From Octopus sinensis (Eukaryota), in the NCBI RefSeq assembly GCF_006345805.1, contig NC_043000.1, forward strand, positions 158,162,001 through 158,226,000: a stretch of DNA of 64,000 bases. The letters are read 5' to 3'. Shown here in pieces: positions 26,419-39,859 of this stretch (position 1 is its first letter; each line of letters starts with the position of its first letter). The position numbers were made by a program, and so were the translations under genes. Under the pieces are notes generated by a model. The model did not search any database. It saw only the letters and a list, made by a program, of their open reading frames with translations, and was not told the DNA's origin.

Positions 26419-26914
26419 CTATGTTTACTTGCTGCTGCCTTTCTTGTGTTTCATTTCTTCCCCATAGTAACGCCATTGTTTCTTCTATCTTCCAATGAAT
26501 AACGACATACTATCTGGAATTACGACCATTATTGAGTTATTTCTGCTTGCTTCTAATTATTTATGTTAATCTCATCATTCTCTCCGTCCGTTTCTTTCTT
26601 TTATCTATCAGATGTTCCTCAAATCTCTATTTTCTTCGTTCTTTTATCTTCCAATATTCATTCTTTAGATACCTTTGTAAACTTGTCTTTGATTTTTCCC
26701 GTCTGTGCATTCTCTATCTATCCAGTTATATATCTGTTTGTATTCAGTTATATGTAATTGCCTGTGTGTTTATAATTATACTTATCCTCAGACGCTCAAC
26801 CACATACACATATGCAGATATGTACCCTCACATCAGTAACACACTCCATATTCTTACTGAAAAGGCAAATCTAAACGATAAGTATATGTATGATTGTATG
26901 TATGTATGTATATA

Positions 26915-27332
26915 TCTCTTTTATCCCTTTTACTTGTTTCATCCATTTGACTGCGGCCATGCTGGAGCACCGCCTTTAATCGAGCAACTCGACCCCGGAA
27001 CTTATTCTTTTGTAAGCCCAGTACTTATTCTATCGGTCTTTTTCGCCGAAACGCTAAGCAACGGGGACATAAACACACCAGCATCGGTTGTCAAGCGATG
27101 CTAGGGCGGACAAACACAGACACACAAACACACACACGCATATATATATATATAAATATACATATATACGACTGGCTTCTTTCAGATTCCGTCCACGAAA
27201 TCCGTTCACAAGGCTTTGGCCGGCACGAGGCTATAGTAGAAGACACTTGCCCAAGGTGCCATGCAGTGGGACTGAACACGGAATCGTGTGGTTGGTAAAC
27301 AAGCTACTTACCACACAGCCACTCCTGCGCCT
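26915..27332 (-). mobile_element. SINE family A
   Basis: Homology to 4228-4707. Confidence 0.9.
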
Positions 27333-27350
27333 ATATCTATATATATATAG

Positions 27351-27395
<45 letters not shown>

Positions 27396-27582
27396 TACGG
27401 TAATAAGAAAATGGAGGAGATCAAGGGATAGTATTCAGCTAATTTAGACATTATATTATGTCTACTTATTTATTTAAAAAAAGCATTTATAACAAAATAC
27501 TTATATGTATAACAGATTATGCTTTACATATATAAAAATACCAGTAATGATTAAAATATATAACGTAGAATATAGAAAGCAG

Positions 27583-27712
27583 AATAGTTTCTTACAGCTG
27601 TTTCAGCCAACAGGTCATAGTACCTTACTTTACTTCCATCCCTTCAGTGAACTGAAGTGTTTGGTAGATAAGATTAAGGTACTTGGGTGTGCCTCTGGGT
27701 TTCGCCAGAGAG
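27583..27712 (-). ncRNA. Degenerate hammerhead with extended stem II
   Basis: Minus strand: CTCT-CTGgcGA-long stem (AGTACCTTA/TAAGGTACT, CTTCAG/CTGAAG)-GAAA-CAGCTGT-A-AGAA; palindromic stem III and GUA triplet. Confidence 0.5.
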
Positions 27713-27840
27713 TTCAGAAAGTTCATATGGTTAAGTTATAAATATAAATACATAAATATATACACATTTTAAACATATACATACATATACTTAAATTTAT
27801 ATAAATACATATCCCTACATTTATATATATATATATATTT

Positions 27841-27887
<47 letters not shown>

Positions 27888-27905
27888 CATATATATATAT
27901 TTACA

Positions 27906-27947
<42 letters not shown>

Positions 27948-28138
27948 TACAACGGAATCAATTATTATTATTATTATTAGGTCTATTATATTATTCTCTT
28001 AGATAAAGTATAAACAGAGGAAAGAGAAAATGATCAAAAGAGAATAATAGTGGAATTTAAATAACCAACTTAGCTTAGGGTTATTGTAGTTTTGTAGGAA
28101 TGAAAAGAGATATAAATGAGGAATACACACACACAGAG

Positions 28139-28184
<46 letters not shown>

Positions 28185-28215
28185 TATATATATGTATACA
28201 TACACAGACGGACAG

Positions 28216-28254
<39 letters not shown>

Positions 28255-28259
28255 CACAC

Positions 28260-28334
<75 letters not shown>

Positions 28335-28432
28335 TCCAGCAAAAATTTACCTTCAAAGGAATATGGTACTTAATTTAGATGCACCAGAATTCTGTATGGT
28401 GTTATCCATAAAAATCCCTGGGGTGATTATAA

Positions 28433-28544
28433 TCAAAATAAACAACAAGAATGACTCCGGTAATTTGGTGCAATCGTTTCGTACTACATGTAGTACGAAA
28501 CGATCGTACCAAATTACCGGAGTCATTCTTGTTGCTTATTTTGA
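28433..28544. repeat. Spacerless 56-bp-arm palindrome containing the 3' half of a hammerhead
   Basis: Axis between 28488 and 28489; GTACTACATGTAGTAC-GAAA-CGATCGT-A; 3 mismatches between arms. Confidence 0.92.
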
Positions 28545-29044
28545 GTACACATATATATATATATATGCATACATATAAGCATGCGATATGTTAACTATTG
28601 AGGGCTTGAGATAAAGGTCCACAATAAGTGGATTATAATTTATATTAATACATGTAATATTAGTCGGTACTTAAAGTAATAAAATTCCGGGTATTAATCA
28701 AGGTACTTAATTATTTTCCGTTAGCTTTTGTTTATCGACTTACTGAAACCCTACGGAAAGTCCGGAGGGGGTTATGATCAGTCCCGTAATCTAATTTTTT
28801 TGGAAAGGCCATGAATTTGTTTTGGTTGGTTACTGGTTTACCGATAACATAAACAAGAAAGTAGACAAAAAATATATATGTATACAAATAAAAAACAAAT
28901 AATCCAAAATTAACTATTAGTAGGTAGGATAATAAAAATCAATAAAGAAATTAATATAGGGACTTCACTCTATTATATTATATTAAATTATGTTGAATTA
29001 CGCATTATATAAGTAAAGTGTGGATGAATTTATATATATATATA

Positions 29045-29447
29045 TACTCTTTCTCTTTTACTCTTCTACTTGTTTCAGTCATTTGACTGCGGCCATGCTG
29101 GAGCACCGCCGTTAGTCGAGCAAATCGACCCCGGGACTTTTTTTTGTAAGCCCAGTACTTATTCATCGGTCTCTTTTGCCGAACCGCTAAGTAACGGGGA
29201 CATAAACACACCAGCATCGGTTGTCAAGCAATGCTAGGGGGACAAACACAGACACGCAAACACACACACATACATATATATTTACATATATACGACAGGC
29301 TTCATTCAGTTTCTGTCTATCAAATCCACTCACAAGGCATCGGTCGGCCCGGGGCTAAAGCAGAAGACACTTGCCCAAGATTCCACGCAGTGGGACTGAA
29401 CGCGCAACCATGTGGTTGGTTAGCAAGCTACTTACCACACAGCCACT
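29045..29447 (-). mobile_element. SINE family A
   Basis: Homology to 4228-4707. Confidence 0.9.
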
Positions 29448-29780
29448 ATATATATAATTTAAACAATGAGGGTCATAAATTGAATATTAATTTTAATTTA
29501 ATTAACATCAATTTAAAACCAGTGGCTTAGCATATAGAAAAATCTGAAAATTCAGAAAAATTGTATTACATGCCATGGACGGTTTTACGTAAGTAAAGTA
29601 GTTAATGCGAAACCGGTCTATGATTAATTCTTTAGTTTGTATAATTTCATTTGTCTTACCCGCTTACGTTCTGTGTTTGCTGAATTTTTCTACACAACAT
29701 TCTTTTCTTTGTGGTTAGATCGTAGGTGATCTATTTCTAGCATATTGGATGACCACTTAGTGGTCATCCCTTCTTATACG

Positions 29781-29870
<90 letters not shown>

Positions 29871-29939
29871 TGTGTGTGTTTATAATAGTATTTTAGGTTA
29901 AAGTAATATTACTAAGGAGATGTGGTTTTAATAGACTGC

Positions 29940-31120
29940 ATATGAAAGATAAGTTGAGTGTTCAGGCCGTAACTCGATAACTCAGATATGGACTTCATAT
30001 GTTTTGACTTTGCAAAAGCTTTAGATAAATTTGATTATGGTATGATATGCCAGAAAGGTCGTGACGTTGGCATAGCTGAAATACTTGGAGAGTGGTTACA
30101 TGACTTTCTGAAAGATAGAAGTCGGGCGGCGAGCTGGCAGAAACGTTAGCACGCCGGGCGAAATGCGTAGCCGTATTTCGTCTGTCGAGGTCGACTTTGC
30201 CTTTCAGCCTTTCGGGGTCGATAAATTAAGTACCAGTTACGTACTGGGGTCGATGTAATCGACTTAATACCTATGTCTGTCCTTGTTTGTCCCCCTCTGT
30301 GTTTAGCCCCTTGTGGGTAATAAAGAAATAGGTATTTCGTCTGCCGCTACCTTCTGAGTTCAAATTCCGCCGAGGTCGACTTTGCCTTTCATCCTTTCGG
30401 GGTCCATAAATTAAGTACCAGTTACGCACTGGGGTCTTTCGTCTGCCGCTACCTTCTGAGTTCAAATTCCGCCGAGGTCGACTTTGCCTTTCATCCTTTC
30501 GGGCTCCATAAATTAAGTACCAGTTACGCACTGGGGTCGATATAATCGACTTAATCCGTTTGTCCCCTCTGTGTGTAGCCCCTTGTGGGCAGTAAAGAAA
30601 TAAGAAGTCGGGCAGTGGTGGCAAATGGAGCAAACTCAAAGTAAACACAAATACTGAGTGGTGTTCCACATGGCACTGTCTAAGGACCGCTGCTTTTCAT
30701 AGTGGTCCTATCAGATATGCCATCGGCTGCCCGGATAGCACAGCCACCTACACTTGCTTGCTACGCAGAAGATACGGAAGTCTCGCAGAAAATACCCTAG
30801 CGATGTTGAACGCCTGTAGCGGGAGGTGCCGCAATCAACAATAATATGCAGTTTAATGTTTGAAAATTCCAAGCTCTGCGCTACTAGCGCCCAAAACTTA
30901 AAGGAAAAACTTACCGGGTACACTGGCCCAGGGGTGATTACAATACCTCAAGCTAAATCAGTGCATGACGTTGGTATTGACATGAGTGACGATAATTCTT
31001 TCCAAGTGCACATTACCAAGATGGACACAAAATGCTGGCTGGCTGGATCCTGAGAACCTTCAGAAAAAGAGAAAAGGAAAACATGATGGTCATCTGGAGA
31101 ACATCCATCCTCAACTGCCT
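29940..31120 (+). mobile_element. CR1-group LINE RT fragment, split by SINE B
   Basis: DFICFDFAKALDKFDYG...GEWLHDFLKDRS | RAVVANG...ILSGVPHGTV*GPLLF. Confidence 0.8.
30125..30602 (+). mobile_element. SINE family B with three tandem core units
   Basis: Head GGCGGCGAGCTGGCAGAA; core unit repeated three times; TSD AGAAGTCG(GGC) at 30117-30127 and 30603-30613. Confidence 0.92.
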
Positions 31121-31558
31121 AATTATGATTTCTTTGAGATTTTACACAGAAAAATATACCCTAGTCAGTTTATAGCCAACAGATAGGGTAACAATAGAAG
31201 AAATATTAATTATTTAAATTCCAATCTAGTTATTAAGGATAATAATGAGATATGTACTGACATTTATAACAAAACAGAAGATTTGGGTTTCCAAATGGCT
31301 TCCATACCATGGTTCAGTAGTAAGTTACTTTTTATTTGTGATGGTGTTTTTGCAGAGCAAATTATTAGATATAGTGCTATTATTAATAATGCTAATAAAT
31401 TTTTGGAAAGAATAAATAAATTGTTTAAATACTTAGTTAAGCAACGGTATAATTATAGTAAATTGGTTAAAAGTTTTAATAGCTGTTTAGGTTGGGAAAT
31501 TGAAATTTTAAATAAATATCGGGTAATATCTAATCCTCAAATTAGCAAATATTTGTAA
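31121..31558 (+). mobile_element. PLE RT C-terminus/thumb with no downstream endonuclease (Naiad-like)
   Basis: One frame with a single TAG: KIYPSQ...NYLNSNL.I.....TDIYNKTEDLGF....PWFSS....GVFAEQIIRY...F.....L...L....Y....L, then stop. Confidence 0.7.
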
Positions 31559-32569
31559 TGATTTGGAAAGTTTACTATTCGAATTATTTGCTTACTACGT
31601 CACCAATATAGTTTGAGACAATCGAGGAAGTAGTAATTACGTACTACGTCATCAATATTTAAGTTGGTCCTTTTAATTCTTGGTGTTGGAACTGCGTGTC
31701 TGATAAAACATGTAAGTGCTAAAACTTGTATTTCATTATCTTTTAAATAGTTTTAATTAGGTTTAAATATAGTAAGTTTTTTTTAAATAATAGTTAATTA
31801 CAGGTAATTTTATTAGTTCTTATTTAATAAAATTAATTTTTAATAATTACTGGTAATTTAATATTATAGCTTGTAGTGGTGATATATTAATGAGTATGCA
31901 GTGTTTTATTATTAACTTTTGAATGATGCAATAATCTACTTCACTCATAAATATTATATTATTAGTTAAATTAATTTCAATTGTTTTTGTTTTGTTTTGG
32001 AAATATTTATATAAAGCTTTAGCTTTTATTATAGTAGTAACTATGGAAGAGAGGTGGGATTAGTATTTGTATGGATTTAAAAATCGGCCGCGATTTAGCA
32101 TATAACTTAGTTGTTGCAGGTTACTATTAATACCGATACAATGTACATTGGTTTATATGTTTCTTTGTTGGAGTTTTGTTAAAGTTAGTGTCTAATCTTG
32201 CCTATAAACTAATTAATTCAATGAATATGGTCATCAAGCTTTCACCTTTATATTATACTATGGGGGATGGTAGGGATTATAATTTGTGTATGACTTAAAG
32301 TATTGGTCGCTGTTTATTTACATATTTAGGAGTTGGCTGCAATTTACTTATTGAAGTCATTTACCGATACGGTCGTACAAAGGGTAAATGTGTATGAAAG
32401 TTGCGGTTCCTTTGGTTTGTTTGTTCACAAGCAACACTTATTTTAGTGCTGTTGACATCGCCAGATTGAATTTTATTGCCCAGGTGTTGAAACTATAGTG
32501 ATATCCGTGGGGCAGCCGATGATGGAGGTACGTTGGATGATGGTATGGCTGTTTTCCTATATGTGGAAT

Positions 32570-33020
32570 AGTATTATAATGCATCCTTTTGATATATATA
32601 TATATGCTGCACCTCTATTTCGCGGATCAAAGTGACTTTGCATTGATGTGAAATCCTTAAAAAATATACCACGACGTCTACACATTTCTCACCTTGAACT
32701 TTCAACCTTGAACTTGTTCGCATAAACTGTCCCGTTTGTTGTATTTTTATTTTCTCATATATTACCCCCCTTATTTCGCTCTCGCGTCTCATGTTTGATC
32801 TTTGACCTCTGGCCGAAATCAGATCGCCATGTTGATTCGTTAGTTACTGCACGCATTTTTTTTTCTCTCCTTCTTTCTGTGTTTTTTTTCTCTCTGTGTA
32901 TCTTTCTCTTGAAGAGCGTAGGCTCGAAACGTTAAAGACTTGTTTTATTTATATTCCTGAGCGCCATACTAATACAATTGTTTGTTTGTTTTCCAACTGC
33001 CTTCGTCTTTTGTCTATTTT
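32570..33020 (+). mobile_element. Pseudo-LTR-like repeat ending in (TA)n, with degenerate hammerhead at 32901-32938
   Basis: TCTTT-CTcTTGA-a-GAGC-GTAG-GCTC-GAAA-CGT-T-AAAGA; stems I and II pair perfectly. Confidence 0.6.
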
Positions 33021-33042
33021 CATAAGCTTCCCGTTATAAATA

Positions 33043-33075
<33 letters not shown>

Positions 33076-33078
33076 TAT

Positions 33079-33127
<49 letters not shown>

Positions 33128-33134
33128 TATATAT

Positions 33135-33166
<32 letters not shown>

Positions 33167-33171
33167 ATATA

Positions 33172-33257
<86 letters not shown>

Positions 33258-33375
33258 ACAATTAAGGATAAAATCTTAATAAGGAATCTTAACAAGAAAT
33301 TATGAGGTAGTTAGCGTGAAAAACCTCATAAGAGAAAAAATCCGAAAATAATTTTTTCACTTGAAAATATTTATT

Positions 33376-34099
<724 letters not shown>

Positions 34100-34610
34100 A
34101 TGTACATATGTGTGCCTGTGTGTGTAATATATATATAAGATGTCTCCATAATTGAGTATATGTTTATATTAAGGCGCGGTTGATATTTTCCCTTGAATGT
34201 AGTCTCTTTAATTCTGTTGTACAGAAATACTTGCATTGCCTTTTTATAACGGATATATTTTAAAGTTTTTACATGTGTTCGCTGAGTGTGGTATTTTTCT
34301 GTATGTGAGTCGTTGGCGGTACATATAGTTTAAGAAAACAAAAAGGCTACAAGTACTACGTAAGAGAGATAACTTAAGGATGTGCACTTGATCGAAATCT
34401 TTGAATGATGTTGACATGTTAGTAGACACACAAACTCCCATCTCTAATATCTTCCACTGTGCAAATATTTAGCTCGACGGAACTTACTGTATTTATCTCC
34501 CTTGTCTACTGCTTCTAGATTAGAACCACTCGCCAATGTCAATTATTGTCTAGTCATCGAATAGATACTCTGAAATAAACAATGTTTGTATTTCACTGTA
34601 ACGTATTTGA

Positions 34611-34992
34611 GGGAGGCGCAATGGCCCAGTGGTTGGGGCAGCGGACTCGCAGTCGTAGGATCGCGGTTTCGATTCCCAGACCGGGCGTTGTGAGTGTTTA
34701 TTGAGCGAAAACACCTAAAAGCTCCACGAGGCTCCGGCAGGGATGGTGGTGATCCCTGCTGTACTCTTTCCCCACAACTTTCTCTCACTCTTACTTCCTG
34801 TTTCTGTTGTACCTATATTTCAAAGGGCCGACCTTGTCACTCTCTGTGTCACGCTGAATATCCCCGAGAACTACGTTAAGGGTGCACGTGTCTGTGGAGT
34901 GCTCAGCCACTTACACGTTAATTTCACGAGCAGGCTGTTCCGTTGATCGGATCAACCGGAACCCTCGTCGTCGTAACCGACGGAGTGCTTCC
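34611..34992 (+). mobile_element. tRNA-derived SINE family C
   Basis: GGAGGCGCAATGGCCCAGTGG A box, GGTTTCGATTCC B box; near-identical to 59931-60312. Confidence 0.92.
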
Positions 34993-35733
34993 CCCCCCCA
35001 CCAACGATTTGAACTTGGTATGTCAAAAGAATCCCAAAGTGACAATACTTTTCACACTTTTCTTCACATCATCATAAAAAGGGCCAAGTACCATGGGGTG
35101 CTCTAAAATATTAACCAATATAAGCTGAGCACCATAACGTACAAATCACAAATCTATAGACGTTTGTACGATTTTATGCATGTATGTATATGTAGATGTG
35201 CACATATATATGCACATATACGGTCATGCCATAAAAGTAATTTTGTGATGGGATGCTGGGTAGTGTTAGGTGATCACATCTTTTACAGTGTGTTATACTA
35301 TATAATGTGTTTCTCTTTCATTTCCTACCTCCCGATCCGTATATTTATTGTGTATCCATCCGTTTATGTCAAACCGTTTCTCTGTAGGTTCTCCATCTGT
35401 CTTTCTAACTGGCGCTCTCTGTCTTACTCTATCTACCTTCTCTAATGTATTCTGATGTATATGCAGGTTTGGTTTGCTGTCCGAGAGAACTTGCTAAATA
35501 ATCAAAATCGGTTCCCGGAAACATTTTCTCGACTGTTGCTGCTCAGAATTCATGACATTTCTCGATGCCATCAGCAAAATTTTCTTTGTTCTTTCAAATG
35601 AAGAAACCTGACAACTGCAGAAAACATTGTTATCAGAAGATTTTGCTGAGACTGTCGACAGTCGACAATATTTTTCCCGAAGGTTCGGTTGCAGACAAAG
35701 ACTAACAGCAGCAACAACAACAACAATGCCTGA

Positions 35734-35773
<40 letters not shown>

Positions 35774-37104
35774 GTATATATAATGTATATATAAATATAT
35801 GTTTGTGTGTGGGCTTGTGTGCGTGTGTATGTGTGTATGTGTGTCTGTGTGAGTGTATGTGTATGCGTGTGCATGAATATGTGTCCGTGCGCGTGTGTGT
35901 GTATTTGTGTCTGTGTAGTGTACTGACAGGGACAAGGAACGCCCTAAGATATAACATTACATCTGATTTCTCTATTCGATGAACTACAACAAACCACTGC
36001 AGGCATTTCTATTAAAGCTACCACCATAGACCATACATGAAAGATAAAAATAAAGAAAGAGAATGTTAAAATTAATATCAAAACTATCATAACTGCAAAT
36101 ACTTCCGGCTATATCAAGGAATTATCACAGGATCAATACGAGTATGGAATGAAATAATGATATTTTTTTGTTTAATTCGGAGAAGTTAATCCTGAGCCAT
36201 AGTATTTGGGTACATGATACTTCTATTTTAAAACATCAGCATTAACGTAAGATCGGTTTTCACACTTCAAGAACCACAATGTCCACATGTGTGATACATT
36301 CTCTCATTCAATACCGTCAATGACGATGATAGAAAAGGCAGCCAGCAATCATTTGCTTTTAGAAGCTCTCGATAAATAGAAAGAAAGTCATGACATATTC
36401 AATACACTGACCACTATGCATGAAATAAAGGGAATCGATGATGAAGTATGCCTCTTATTCCCTTCCATTGAAATAACAACGAAACCTTATTTACGATTAA
36501 AGAAATGAACTGATAGACGTTAACAAAATCTGCTCATAGTCAAGAAATTGCAGAAGATGTCATTGCCTCAGCACATACCTCCATATCATTAGACACGGCA
36601 CGACCTGTCCGCCACCAAGCGAATGTTAACAGCGAGTCAGTACGTAACTAGTGGAACACATCCTATGTACAAAATCAAAAAGAGCAAATCCCCTAATTTG
36701 ACTAGGCCAAAGTCCATCGGTCAGGTGATAATATAGGAAGGATGCGATATAAGCAGATGCTACCTCGACCTGACCTGTCACTGATTAGTCTTCTCTCGGA
36801 TCATTTTGGATTAAGACTTTCCACACAGATCATTACTTTTACCAAAATTCTCCTCTATCTGGAGATCTGGACAAAACTACACTCAGAACTATTTGATAAG
36901 TTTGTCCATCCATTGTCTCTGCGATGCTGTTTGGAAGCATGGATCTGCATCAGCAGATGATAAGCTGCAAATCCACAGATTTTCCTTGATTTTAGTTCCT
37001 CTCATCGGCTTCCTTAGAGGAGTAGCGATCAACTTCATGTTTTACGTTGAAAAAATGGTCAATTGCCTTTCTCATCGGTTACTCGTCATTCCCAAACACA
37101 CAAG

Positions 37105-37241
37105 ATTGATGTCTTGCAAAAAGCAGTCTTATTGGGTACAACACTCATCTTAAGGAAAGTATTATCTGTCTGAGGTATTTGTTGTGATTTGACAGATGAC
37201 TAAAGACTCCAGTGCATTTTTACTTGCAATTTGTTACGAAG

Positions 37242-37243
<2 letters not shown>
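37105..37243 (+). mobile_element. R4/Dong-like LINE 3' end followed by (AAT)n
   Basis: LQKAVLLGTTLILRKVLSV*; near-identical to the minus-strand end at 41222-41365; (AAT)n array at 37243-37395. Confidence 0.85.
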
Positions 37244-37276
<33 letters not shown>

Positions 37277-37342
37277 TAATAATATAATAATAATAATAAT
37301 AATAATTTACTAATAATAATAATAATAATAATAATAATTTAC

Positions 37343-37388
<46 letters not shown>

Positions 37389-37432
37389 TTACTAACTAGT
37401 TCACTAACTAGTTTATTTTCTATTCTGTTGTT

Positions 37433-37680
37433 TTAGAAAGCAATCTCTTTGCTAAAACTAACTGACACCCCTCCGATTTTCCTTTTTAAGGAAACCCACG
37501 ACCTGTTGTTGATGGCTCCCGTCAATTCCTCTTTATGTGGTCTAATAATTCGATCCCTGAAATCTTTCCGCGCTGTGAAGGACGCGTTCATCTTCCAGTA
37601 ACCAGATCCTAGTCTGTTTGATTTTCTTAAGTTGACTGTAAAATCCGCGATTTTCTGATCTGAATAACCAACAGAAATTA
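37433..37680 (-). mobile_element. L1/Tx1 endonuclease-end fragment
   Basis: GYSDQKI....LGSGYWKMNASF....FRDRI. Confidence 0.75.
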
Positions 37681-37768
37681 CAATTTCAGCTGCCGAAAGC
37701 GGCAAAAGACAAACAATTTAGAGAAAACTCACCTGCGATGATTCGAATGTGGATTCCATGTGTGAAGC

Positions 37769-37819
<51 letters not shown>

Positions 37820-38266
37820 CGATATTACAATGATTCAAGTAGTGCAGAGCTGGGCCCATTTTCCCCTCACGTTATTAAAAAATGTCATGTTACTTTGAAG
37901 AAATTATAAGTGAATATTAAAAAAATTTTAAACTATAAAGTTCATTTGTATATTAGACATAAATCATAGTGCTTAATACTACAAGATTCTCACCTATTTT
38001 AAATGTCAACGTCCGTTTGAATTCCAAATGTAAACAAATAGCTTTTGTTCGCGTTCGTAAAAAAATCTAATAAAGCGAAATGAAAGAAACAGCAAAGCGA
38101 GTAAATTATTTAAAATGTATTACGTAGTGCAAAAGCAATAGTCACTATCTAATAGAATTAAGCTTTAAAATTGCTCTAGACTGCGGTCATGCTGGAGTAC
38201 CGCCTTCAAATTATTTAGTCAATGATATCCTTTCCAAACACAATTCTTCGCACATTATCAGATGTA

Positions 38267-39859
38267 CAGTTGCGGCCAAAATGTTCAGAACGGCATTGTT
38301 TTCGTCAGAAAAGTAGATATAACTTTTTATCACAGTTGTTTTATATTTACAGATAATAAATACAATATTATTTGTTATTGCCTGAGATTTTGGTGTAATT
38401 TGAGAGGATAATACAAAAGTTATGGATGATTTAATGATTTACTGCAAAACCCATGGCGGCCAACATGATCAGAACGGTTGAAAAGATAACAAAATAATCA
38501 AAATGACAGAGAATACTGAAATTATTTAATATTTAGTGTGAAGCTTTTTAGCTTTAATCACACTTTGACATCTTCGACTGCATGAGGAAATTAAATTTTC
38601 AATTTCTTGCTAGGTGATCTTATGCCATTCTTCCTGAAAGGCATTCCATAATTGCTCAGTTGTTTTAGGATTTCTGGTTTTCGAACGTTCTCCTAGAATA
38701 TTCCATACATTTTCAATAGGATTGAGATCTGGGCTTTGAGCAGGCCAATCCATAACAATAACCTTTTCAGCCTTGAGGAAGTTCATGAGCATCTTAGCCT
38801 TGTGACACGGGGCATTGTCCTGCATGAATATGGGTGGTCGCTTAGTTGAATTTCTCAGCACAGGCAAGACATGATCTTTTAAAATTTGTTTATAAACTCC
38901 TGCATTTACCTTTCCATGTAATCGCACCAAAGGTCTCACACCATCTCCAGATATCATCCCCCAAACCATGACACTTCCTCCACCGAATTTAACACTAGTC
39001 TTAATGCATTTAGGCGACAACTTTTCACCTACTTTTTTACGAACGTACCTTTTCCCATCTGAGCCAAATAGCATAAACTTAAATTCATCACTGAAAGGCA
39101 CCGTTTGCCATTTTTCTTGAGACCACAACACATGTTCGGTTGCAAAGGTAAGACGTCACTTTTTATTCTTGGAGCTGATCAGTGGCTTCACTGCAGGTGC
39201 TCTTGCTCGTAGGTCATGTTCAACTAAACGACGAGACAGTTTTTCGAGATTAAGTTTCTTCAATTCAATGCTCATTTTCCGAGAAACAGCAGCAGCAGTT
39301 TTAAATCTGTCCTTTTTAACCAACTTTACCATAGCACGATCTTCTCGCTTGGTCGTTTTTCTTGGACTACCTGTAAACTTTCTTGCTTCACACGAACTAC
39401 ATTAATCGTAGACCTTAAGAATACCGTGTACAGCACTTTTTGACTTGTTAACAATCTTTGCAATAGATCCAATACTTAAATTATCCTTCCTCCGAAGCTT
39501 AATAATCTGCTGACGAATTGGTAACGGAGTAAGTGGCATTATATTAACAAAGTACACTGCAAATATTCTTACTAATGTTTAGTAAACGAATCGTCATGTA
39601 AACAGATTCAAAACATTAGAGTTCGCCGGTTATACTAAAACACGGAGTAAAAGCAAGCGTTCTGATCATTTTGGCCGCCATGGGCTTTGCAGTAAATCAC
39701 TAAATCATCCATAACTTTTGTATTATCCTCTCAAATTACATCAAAATCTCAGGTAATAACAAATAATATTGTATTTATTATCTGTGAAAATTATAGAATA
39801 TAAAACAACTTTGATAAAAAATTATATCAATGCCGTTCTGAACATTTTGGCCGCCACTG
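38267..39859 (-). mobile_element. Full-length Tc1 (DD34E) element with ~210-bp IR/DR TIRs, 1593 bp
   Basis: CAGT...ACTG ends, TA TSDs at 38265-38266 and 39860-39861; inner direct repeats GGCGGCCAA.ATGATCAGAACG at ~38456 and ~39658. Confidence 0.96.
38526..39539 (-). pseudogene. Tc1 transposase with in-frame stops
   Basis: MPLTPLPIRQQII HTH, GSPRKTT, FSDEFKF, FMQDNAPCH, WPAQSPDLNPIENVW, HTKY*; stops near 39404 and 38611. Confidence 0.93.

Noticed and set aside
29737-29769. Hairpin GGATGACCAC/GTGGTCATCC plus CTAG resembling a Helitron 3' end
   Set aside because: CTAG is not followed by T and no matching 5' end was found.
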